From positions 1 to 64,000 of IMG/VR virus record IMGVR_UViG_3300008448_000018: 64,000 nt of DNA; one strand, written 5' to 3'. This DNA is from a virus. The notes under the pieces are model-generated. The model worked only from the letters and a program-made list of their open reading frames with translations. It ran no database searches and was not told the DNA's origin. This document shows, in pieces, positions 7,540 to 14,653 of the stretch. Both the position numbers and the translations under genes were made by a program. Within the stretch, counting starts at the first letter, position 1; each line of letters begins with the position of its first letter.

Positions 7540-7612
7540 GCTCCGTTAGATTAGCGGTTAAATCATCACACTGTCACTGTGAAGATCACGAGTTCAAATC
7601 TCGTACGGGGCG
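7540..7612 (+). tRNA. tRNA-Asp(GUC)
   Basis: GCTCCGT/ACGGGGC acceptor, TCACA-CTGTCAC-TGTGA anticodon arm, ACGAG-TTCAAAT-CTCGT T arm. Confidence 0.9.
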
Positions 7613-7730
7613 CAATGCAAAAAGCGGTGCCGGATTTTTGTTTATTTTATTAGCATTGCATTACGGAGACTTGATTTATTTCCCATTTTCGGGTAAAATT
7701 AATATATACCTACTAACCAAAGGAAACACC

Positions 7731-8156
7731 ATGAGTGAAAGATCAAAAGGATATATTGGTCAAATAGTTGACGGTAAGAAGTTAGCAACAATAGCAAATG
7801 ATATCTATCGTCTACAGTATAGCAATGACTTTAGTGAATGTACAGTAGATAATTTGTTATTTGTTACCCTTGAAGAAAAGAATGTATTTGGCGACAATAA
7901 GTATGCCTTGGTTTGCTCAGAAGGAGTAGGCTGGGAGCAGGACACTTATGGATGTCTAGAAGTACCAACTAACATTGGTCAAATGGGTCTATGGAATGGT
8001 AGAGTGTTTATCTCTGTAGATACTGTTAAAGAATGTCTAACAGAACAAACAGAGGATATCGCAGACTACATCCGTGTCTTTGGTGATAGATTAGATAGAA
8101 ACTGTTCCCTATGGCAATCTAAGATGTCAGTGCCTAGCGATATGATATTATCATGA
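7731..8156 (+). CDS. hypothetical protein
   Basis: AAAGGA RBS before MSERSKG. Confidence 0.75.
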   Translation: MSERSKGYIGQIVDGKKLATIANDIYRLQYSNDFSECTVDNLLFVTLEEKNVFGDNKYALVCSEGVGWEQDTYGCLEVPTNIGQMGLWNGRVFISVDTVKECLTEQTEDIADYIRVFGDRLDRNCSLWQSKMSVPSDMILS

Positions 8157-8314
8157 CCACAACATACAAACCATACACAATATCAGAACTCGTAAATGAG
8201 ATTTATGAGGACAACCTATCGCACTTTGAATTTGAGGAAAACATGGGGGGAGACCCATGTGATTGCCACTTACATATTACCATGAACACCATTGTCAAGT
8301 ATTGGGGAGAATAA
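8153..8314 (+). CDS. small leaderless protein (53 aa)
   Basis: TGTCAG(8125)-N10-TATGAT(8141)-N6-ATG; MTTTYKPYTISEL...CDCHLH...KYWGE. Confidence 0.7.
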   Translation: MTTTYKPYTISELVNEIYEDNLSHFEFEENMGGDPCDCHLHITMNTIVKYWGE

Positions 8315-8472
8315 TGTTAGGCTATACTAAGGAAGATTTAGATAATATGACTGATGCCGTGGCTTCTGCCATAACTACCGTGAATCCTGACGATGACCCT
8401 TGGTTACACGGGAGCCTATCGAAGACTCAAGAATTCCTTGAAGGTTTGTGGGCAGAGGGGTACTTTGACTAA
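8314..8472 (+). CDS. small hypothetical protein
   Basis: TAATG coupling; MLGYTKEDL...GLWAEGYFD. Confidence 0.7.
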   Translation: MLGYTKEDLDNMTDAVASAITTVNPDDDPWLHGSLSKTQEFLEGLWAEGYFD

Positions 8473-8747
8473 TGTGGGGTAAGTATACTTTTACATGTGA
8501 TCCCGAAGAGTGTGACGCTCTTGTTGAGTTTACTGCCAGGGATGGATTTGGCTTTCCCCTGGGAGTTGTCGAGATGATGTGCCCATGTGGTAGGAAGTTA
8601 AACTATATTAGTTACGAAGAGTTAGGGGAGTCTGAGACTTTCCTGTGCTCCCGTTGCAATGAGGTATTAGATAAAGAGTCAGAGCACTGTGATCATTATC
8701 TCACCGTGTGTAATTATTGTTGCGACTGTGGATGTAGCCAAACGTGA
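8472..8747 (+). CDS. Cys-rich zinc-binding protein
   Basis: Multiple Cys pairs. Confidence 0.7.
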   Translation: MWGKYTFTCDPEECDALVEFTARDGFGFPLGVVEMMCPCGRKLNYISYEELGESETFLCSRCNEVLDKESEHCDHYLTVCNYCCDCGCSQT

Positions 8748-8808
8748 TGAAGGTCACACCCCAAAACCCTATTACGACCTTGCAATTATAATCCCCAAAC
8801 CCTATAAT
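8743..8808 (+). promoter_or_regulatory. CRP-like box 8743-8758 plus sigma-A promoter TTGCAA(8780)-N17-TATAAT(8803)
   Basis: Motifs read directly. Confidence 0.75.
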
Positions 8809-8840
8809 TGTTATTACGACCATAGAAAGGAAATCCCAAA

Positions 8841-9026
8841 ATGCCAACATATGATGTAAAAGTAATCGTTGAATACAATTACGAAGTAGAAGCAGACAAC
8901 GACCAAGAGGCAGAAGAACAAGGCTGGCACTACGAAGACTACGGATACACCGCTGAGGTTTATTCTATTGAGATAGATGAGCAACCTGAACCTGAAGAAG
9001 AGGATGAAGATGAATCAGTTGAATAG
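8841..9026 (+). CDS. very acidic small protein
   Basis: GAAAGGA RBS; YEVEADNDQEAEEQ. Confidence 0.75.
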   Translation: MPTYDVKVIVEYNYEVEADNDQEAEEQGWHYEDYGYTAEVYSIEIDEQPEPEEEDEDESVE

Positions 9027-9177
9027 TTTCATTGAGTATATGAAGATTCATGAGATAAGTCTTTTACAAGACCTTGAGAAGATTGACTATGTTAATGAAC
9101 ATCATTTCTATAGGACTAAAGAGGCTGAGATTTATAATACCCGCCACCTTTTGTCAGTGGCAGAGGGTATGATTTAA
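9010..9177 (+). CDS. hypothetical protein
   Basis: GAGGA upstream; MNQLNSFIEYMK... Confidence 0.6.
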   Translation: MNQLNSFIEYMKIHEISLLQDLEKIDYVNEHHFYRTKEAEIYNTRHLLSVAEGMI

Positions 9178-9179
9178 TC

Positions 9180-9458
9180 ATGAAAGAAAACGCAGACCCA
9201 ATCCAACCGCACCTACAACGTATGGTAGACCATGGGGTATCAGGTATTGATATCCTACATGGCGAACTAAAGAATCTAATGCTGCTGGCAGAGCGTGAAC
9301 TAGAGCATGCACAAGCAGTAGAGGACGCAACTGAAGAAGCCATGGACTCTATGGAACGTACACGAGCAGAAGGCATGCTAGACGCTTATGTACACCTATA
9401 TGGCTTGACATATGATATCTCATTTGCTATCGCAGATATGGAGGCTAAGAATGCCTAA
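9180..9458 (+). CDS. leaderless helical protein
   Basis: TGTCAG(9152)-N10-TATGAT(9168)-N6-ATG. Confidence 0.75.
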   Translation: MKENADPIQPHLQRMVDHGVSGIDILHGELKNLMLLAERELEHAQAVEDATEEAMDSMERTRAEGMLDAYVHLYGLTYDISFAIADMEAKNA

Positions 9459-9630
9459 GTGTTTAGACTGTGGTCAAACCAATAAGTTTTGGTATGACGA
9501 GACATCCCATAAGTTGGGTATCTACAATGCTGCAGGGGAACTTGAAGATGTAGAGACAGACTGGTATGATGATGTTACCAATGGTCACTGTGCAGACTGT
9601 GACTCCACTAACATAGAGGGTAGACTATGA
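9451..9630 (+). CDS. zinc-ribbon protein
   Basis: GGAGG RBS; MPKCLDC...CADC. Confidence 0.75.
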   Translation: MPKCLDCGQTNKFWYDETSHKLGIYNAAGELEDVETDWYDDVTNGHCADCDSTNIEGRL

Positions 9631-10076
9631 GCAACTTTGTTGAGATGGACTTTGATGAGTGGTTTGATACCTACAAGCCAATCCCTAATAATATAGACAC
9701 AAATGCTTCCTTTGATGGTCATATGTTTGAGACATATGGCGATGAGGTAGAGTTTGTCAAGAAGGCAGACCCTGCCTATATCTGGATGTATGGAGATGGA
9801 GACGACGGTGGGTCTTATGTATGGAATGGCTGGCACTTTGTAAATAGGATTGGTTATTTTATTACTGAGGTGCCGTGCCCTGACAATACTACTATTCAGG
9901 TTAAAGTTTCTATGCCGTGGTTTTTCTGTGAAAACTGCAATGCAGAACTAGAAGACCCAGATAATGCTATTAGTGATAAGTTTGGCGGGTATGACTTTAC
10001 ATCCTGCCCAGAATGTGCTACAGTTGAACAACTAAAAGAAATAGAGGAGTATGAAAATGAACACCACAATAACTGA
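9627..10076 (+). CDS. phage protein (FETYG..GWHFVNRIGY) with C-terminal zinc ribbon
   Basis: 149 aa; CENC/CPEC. Confidence 0.8.
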   Translation: MSNFVEMDFDEWFDTYKPIPNNIDTNASFDGHMFETYGDEVEFVKKADPAYIWMYGDGDDGGSYVWNGWHFVNRIGYFITEVPCPDNTTIQVKVSMPWFFCENCNAELEDPDNAISDKFGGYDFTSCPECATVEQLKEIEEYENEHHNN

Positions 10077-10389
10077 TTTAGTCTACGCAGGCTCTTTCGG
10101 AGTTGACTCAGGTCAAGCAATGGTAGGCGACCCGTGCTATCTAGATGAATGGGACACTAACAAGAACGATGAGTGGAACCTAGAAGGCAAGAAGGGTCAG
10201 TACTCATACCACGGCGTATCTGCTAGAACACTGGAGGATAACTTTGGTCAGGTAGGAGCAGCAAGCGCTGTTGTATTCTCTACTGGCTATGGCGATGGTC
10301 TTTATCCTGTCTATGTACAACTAAACGATGATGGACGAGTATCCAAGGTTGTTATTGATTTCGAGGGGGACCTTGATGAAGATGACTAA
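10057..10389 (+). CDS. DUF4241-like protein
   Basis: FGVDSG...FSTGYGDGLYPVY...VVIDF. Confidence 0.7.
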   Translation: MNTTITDLVYAGSFGVDSGQAMVGDPCYLDEWDTNKNDEWNLEGKKGQYSYHGVSARTLEDNFGQVGAASAVVFSTGYGDGLYPVYVQLNDDGRVSKVVIDFEGDLDEDD

Positions 10390-10576
10390 AGAGTTTATCA
10401 ATCTAAAACTAAATGAGGCACAGCAATTGCTTTGGGGTGGATCTGAAACAGAGAACATAGCAGCCCATAACATCATTGCTGAATTAATCAAGGACCTGCA
10501 GGATGAGCAGTAACTGGACACAGCCTGCTCTATTTGATATCATTGAAGTAAACCCTACTATCGAAAGGACCCTACC

Positions 10577-10948
10577 ATGGGAGCACGTACCAATTTCACT
10601 ATCGTAACGACCGAGGACCCAAACCAGAATATTAATCTATACTCACACTGGGGTGGAGACTCTAGCGTTATGGACCTAGCCAATGCCCTTAATAAGGCAA
10701 TGCCACGCATTCGTATGGGAGATACATCCTATGCTGCACGTATCATTATCAATGCCCTCCAAGAAGACCATGACAGTGAGACTGGCTACGGTATCTACGT
10801 AGGAGAGGTTAACCACGAGGAGCAGTATGAGTACAAAGAAGTCGACCTGACTAACAATACTGTTACTATTGGGGACCTAACCAAGCCAATTGATAAATTT
10901 ATTTCTTATCACCTAGACATGATTCCCGCTGAGATAGAGACGGTGTAG
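10577..10948 (+). CDS. phage protein (MGAR..YSHWGG motif)
   Basis: GAAAGGA RBS; 123 aa. Confidence 0.8.
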   Translation: MGARTNFTIVTTEDPNQNINLYSHWGGDSSVMDLANALNKAMPRIRMGDTSYAARIIINALQEDHDSETGYGIYVGEVNHEEQYEYKEVDLTNNTVTIGDLTKPIDKFISYHLDMIPAEIETV

Positions 10949-10973
10949 GGTCACACTGTCCATATAATGAGAC

Positions 10974-11016
10974 GGGGGCAGGTTTGTGGTGGGCTTGCCC
11001 CCTCTCCACTTTTTTG
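10974..11016 (+). terminator. probable intrinsic terminator
   Basis: GGGGGCAGGTT/GGCTTGCCCCC stem followed by a T-run. Confidence 0.55.
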
Positions 11017-11041
11017 ATATAATGAACTGAGAGGAGTTTGT

Positions 11042-11275
11042 ATGTATCGCATTAGCAGAGCCGTTCTAACCAGCAAAGAGGAGAAAACTGCAATCGCTAT
11101 TGGAAAACTACTTTCCGACTTTCATCTTGACTTAGAGAAGGTTGGTTATTACTTAGCCAAAGCCACGCCATATTTGGTTTATCGCAGGGCACTCGAAGTA
11201 TTAGAAAGCGCACAGTTCCAAGAAGACCTAGTAGAACAGAAACGGATAGAATATAACCATGACAGACTTTTCTAG
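11042..11275 (+). CDS. hypothetical protein
   Basis: GAGGAG RBS. Confidence 0.75.
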   Translation: MYRISRAVLTSKEEKTAIAIGKLLSDFHLDLEKVGYYLAKATPYLVYRRALEVLESAQFQEDLVEQKRIEYNHDRLF

Positions 11276-11534
11276 CATTTGCGACATCTTAGGAAGCCTT
11301 TATGCCAATCATAGAGAAGATAAAGACTTCAAAGATTTTATTGAGTTCAACGATTTAGGTTTGCCATTGGCATATCTAACTAAAGAGAACCTTTGCGAAC
11401 CTTCAGATGACGGAGTTCGCTACATCACAGAAACCTGGCAACTATTTTTAGCAGGTCTTAATATGAAAGATGAAGGGTTTGACAGTTTGGAAGAATTATT
11501 TTCAATTGCTGAAGAGAGAAGCAAAGACAAGTAG
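11259..11534 (+). CDS. hypothetical protein (NDLGLPLAY motif)
   Basis: 91 aa ORF. Confidence 0.75.
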   Translation: MTDFSSICDILGSLYANHREDKDFKDFIEFNDLGLPLAYLTKENLCEPSDDGVRYITETWQLFLAGLNMKDEGFDSLEELFSIAEERSKDK

Positions 11535-11539
11535 TCTTT

Positions 11540-12380
11540 AGGTTGCGCTGCCGCTACATGCGGCGGTGCGCCCCGGCAAATCGGACATATGGTACAAACC
11601 TCCCAAACCTTATTTACGAAAAACTTATTACGATCCACCAAATAATTTTCCAGATTCATGGGCTTTTGCCAAACCTTAAAAACTTATTACGAAGGTTTGA
11701 AATATTTTCCAGATTCATAGCCAAACCTTATATCATACAAACCTTGTATTGTCAAACCCTGTATCCAGGTATAAAGGTTTTGTATTGTATCTTATACTAC
11801 TGACATTATGAATGACCTTGTTTATCCCCCGCCCTAGCGATGACTGACAGGATTAGCAGACAGCCCCTGCAGCGGGGGATCAAAAGATACACAACAAACC
11901 ACCCTATATAAAACATTACGATAACAAACCTTTTTTCCTGGTTTTAGATTATTTACCAAACCTTTTATAACTTTTTGTTATTGTTTTCCACAATTTTGGT
12001 GCAAATTTATAGGGGGTTTTTAGGCTATAAAGGTTTGACAAACCACCATATTTGTGGTATAAGCAGGGTATCGGGCATATGAGGTTTGGAGGTTTGACAA
12101 TATGAAGGTTTTGTGGTAGGAGGTTTGACGGCTCCAGACATTACGAAGCCCCTCTATAAAAGCGCTCCATTCTCCACTTATCTCCACTTTCCTCCACTCT
12201 AACCCAATCTAAAAAATATCAGTAAGATTTATCTGTGGATAAACCTGTGGATAACTATAGTATCAAACCAGAAAAACCTCTCAAACCAGACATATTGACC
12301 TGTGGATAACTCCAGGGTATCAAACCATCAAACCCTATCTCTGGCTTATATAAGGCGTATCTCTGGCATATAGGCTATAC
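11540..12380. repeat. non-coding repeat island (CAAACC/GGTTTG repeats, WTTACGA repeats, DnaA boxes, GTGGAG-N4 array); candidate origin or TF-binding array
   Basis: No credible ORF; about 12 CAAACC and several GGTTTG copies; TGTGGATAA at 12234, 12246, 12301. Confidence 0.7.
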
Positions 12381-12387
12381 TAGATAC

Positions 12388-12522
12388 ATGCTCAATGTCC
12401 TATGCTTCGACTGTGGGGGAATGTATGAGGTTTTATATGACACTCCCAAACCAACACAACAATGCCCTAAGTGTATTACTACTAGGGGTAATTCTGCTTC
12501 TTTGCCAATCCCGCCGAAATAG
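12388..12522 (+). CDS. tiny leaderless zinc-ribbon protein
   Basis: TATACT(12376)-N6-ATG; CFDC...CPKC. Confidence 0.6.
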   Translation: MLNVLCFDCGGMYEVLYDTPKPTQQCPKCITTRGNSASLPIPPK

Positions 12523-12554
12523 GGTATACTTGAGATTCAACTAAAGGGGAAACA

Positions 12555-12737
12555 ATGTCAGACAAGATTGAAGATACAACCTGCTATACCTACAAGGTAG
12601 AGATGATTATTCAGATACTAGCAGAGGATGAGCCAAAGGCTGCAGACCAACTTGAAAAGAGTGGTGGATATGTTACTAGCCGTAAGGTTACTTTAATGGA
12701 TTCGGTACCGCTTTTTAACGGCAGGCAATCAGAGTAA
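12555..12737 (+). CDS. hypothetical protein
   Basis: AAGGGG RBS, TATACT upstream. Confidence 0.7.
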   Translation: MSDKIEDTTCYTYKVEMIIQILAEDEPKAADQLEKSGGYVTSRKVTLMDSVPLFNGRQSE

Positions 12738-12926
12738 GTTATCTATAGGAACAAGTCGATCAAAGGGTTCCTGACACTTATTACAATATGACTTAGGGGC
12801 ATCGCCATAGCGATTTTCTTCCCCAGCCAAGAGTATCAAACCATCCTTATGCATCTGCATATAGCGGTCATCGACTATCTTTGTATAGATTATAGGGGTG
12901 AGTTTGTTATTACATAATGGGCACAT
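12729..12926 (-). CDS. zinc-ribbon protein
   Basis: CPLC...PIIY...GLILLAG...CNKC. Confidence 0.6.
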   Translation of the reverse strand: MCPLCNNKLTPIIYTKIVDDRYMQMHKDGLILLAGEENRYGDAPKSYCNKCQEPFDRLVPIDNLL

Positions 12927-13087
12927 CTAATAAGTTTATCACATTCCCGCAGAAATTACAAGGTATAATATATCAATGACTACTTTAATAGACATCTTCT
13001 TTGCCCTCGTTATTTCTTGGATGGTTCTATATGCCATCAAAAAACTTAGTGATTGACAAACATTTATAATTTTGATATACTGAGTAT

Positions 13088-13186
13088 ATGTTCTGTAGTC
13101 GGTGTGGGAATAGACTCATCAATGGTGACTGTAACCTTTGCTTTGATAACTCCAATGCCCTAAAGGAATTTGAGGAAGAAGATTGA
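13088..13186 (+). CDS. tiny leaderless zinc-ribbon protein
   Basis: TTGACA-N17-TATACT-N6-ATG; MFCSRCG...CNLC. Confidence 0.6.
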   Translation: MFCSRCGNRLINGDCNLCFDNSNALKEFEEED

Positions 13187-13228
13187 AAGAACCAAGCATT
13201 ATGAAAATGGATTGGAAAGCGTTGGGTT

Positions 13229-13585
13229 ATGAAAAAGAATACAGAGACGGAAGAGTTCGGTGGGTTCCACAGCAAGAAGGTAGAAAAGACCAGGATACTT
13301 CCGCTTAGGTGGTTTGGCAATGCCTGTAGTTATATTGCTACCAATAGCCTAGTTAAGGCATTTAATTTACAAGATGAGAATAATCTTGGACACCGCTTTA
13401 AATTTCATAGTAAGGTTTGGCATTATGTAAATAAACCCTATGAGTGGTGGGGTACCTACTATCTTGTTGATATGGGTTCAGTTAAGAAGTTTTGGGACCA
13501 AGACCCAGAGCATGAGGAATTGATGAGAAAACTTGGATCAGATTATGATGAGAATGGCGTAGCCTATTGGGAGAAATATGAGTAA
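13229..13585 (+). CDS. hypothetical protein
   Basis: 118 aa ORF. Confidence 0.7.
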   Translation: MKKNTETEEFGGFHSKKVEKTRILPLRWFGNACSYIATNSLVKAFNLQDENNLGHRFKFHSKVWHYVNKPYEWWGTYYLVDMGSVKKFWDQDPEHEELMRKLGSDYDENGVAYWEKYE

Positions 13586-13790
13586 TTGGACTGATGAATT
13601 ATCAGATGAACACAAAGAACAACTTTGGGATTTTATTGTTGAGACTGTAAAAGAGATTAGAGAACAGATTGCTCAGGATATTGAGGGTACTAGTGAGTTG
13701 TGGAAGGCTAAAGGGCTTAATAAGTCCCGTCGCACAACCAAGGCATTTCAGATATCAGCAGCCATTGCCAGAGGGCAGAACGAGATTTAG
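13578..13790 (+). CDS. hypothetical protein (IREQIA...AAIARG type)
   Basis: GGAG RBS. Confidence 0.7.
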   Translation: MSNWTDELSDEHKEQLWDFIVETVKEIREQIAQDIEGTSELWKAKGLNKSRRTTKAFQISAAIARGQNEI

Positions 13791-13897
13791 TTACCGTTAG
13801 TGACACGTAAGTGTCATAGGTAGGAATATAAGTCTCTATTTTGCGCCGAACCTTAAACTTGAATTTGTGATAGACTTATAGAAGATTGGTGGGAATT

Positions 13898-14188
13898 ATG
13901 TGGTGGTCTTGGGTATTAGCAGTGATTGGCGTTGCAGGCATATTTTTTGTCGGACGTAAAACTATTTGGGGTTGGCTCGTTCTATTGTTTAACGAGTTGC
14001 TTTGGATTACCTACGCCCTTATTACCGATCAATACGGCTTTATATTTTCCGCTCTTGCCTATGCCGTGGTCTATGTCAGGTCTTACCTGCACTGGAAAGC
14101 AGATGAAAAGAAAATTCCAGCAAAGACTATTAACGACTTAAAGCGTGAGAATGAAGAGTTCTACGCTACACAAAGCAGTTTTGAGTAA
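13898..14188 (+). CDS. three-helix membrane protein (PnuC/SemiSWEET-like)
   Basis: Hydrophobic segments; RK..WGW...W...Q.G pattern. Confidence 0.6.
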   Translation: MWWSWVLAVIGVAGIFFVGRKTIWGWLVLLFNELLWITYALITDQYGFIFSALAYAVVYVRSYLHWKADEKKIPAKTINDLKRENEEFYATQSSFE

Positions 14189-14288
14189 GAGAGGAGTAGA
14201 TAGATGATACATGTATTATTTTTAATCCCAGCCTTTATTATGGGATACGTTGCCTGTTATGTTGCAATGACATACGGAGTAAATCAGA

Positions 14289-14396
14289 ATGGCGAGTAAC
14301 AGAATAGTTATTTGTGAAGTTTGTAAAAAAGAAGTTGAGGTTAGATCGGACTTTGCTTATCTAACTCTTAATCGTCACATGAAGGAGCATAAGTAA
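14289..14396 (+). CDS. tiny C2H2-type zinc-finger protein
   Basis: CEVC...LNRHMKEH. Confidence 0.55.
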   Translation: MASNRIVICEVCKKEVEVRSDFAYLTLNRHMKEHK

Positions 14397-14653
14397 TGGC
14401 AGACCCAACTCAAACCCCTGCTCGTGGTGATTGGGCATGCCCATGTTCTGGTTGCTCTAAGGCTGTTGCTTGGGAAAGAAAACAGTTAATTGAACTATTT
14501 GAAAAACATAAGCATGAGTATTTAGTTTATCGTGGATCATCATTTAATGAAGATGGTAGTTTGTTTTGGGCTAAAGATGATGCATCAGCATACGCTGAAG
14601 GTATTGATGAAGTTGTTAAACTAATTAAAGAAAGAATGCCAAAGAAAAAGTAA
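14396..14653 (+). CDS. hypothetical protein
   Basis: AAGGAG RBS; CPCSGC. Confidence 0.7.
   Translation: MADPTQTPARGDWACPCSGCSKAVAWERKQLIELFEKHKHEYLVYRGSSFNEDGSLFWAKDDASAYAEGIDEVVKLIKERMPKKK

Noticed and set aside
7566-7582. TCACA..TGTGA as a CRP box
   Set aside because: Inverted order; it is the tRNA-Asp anticodon stem.
10974-11009. Pseudoknot via loop GTGG and downstream CCAC
   Set aside because: A 3-nt linker cannot span an 11-bp stem; treated as a terminator hairpin.
11543-11803. 86-aa ORF in the repeat island
   Set aside because: TTG start inside a hairpin, no RBS, sequence dictated by the repeats.
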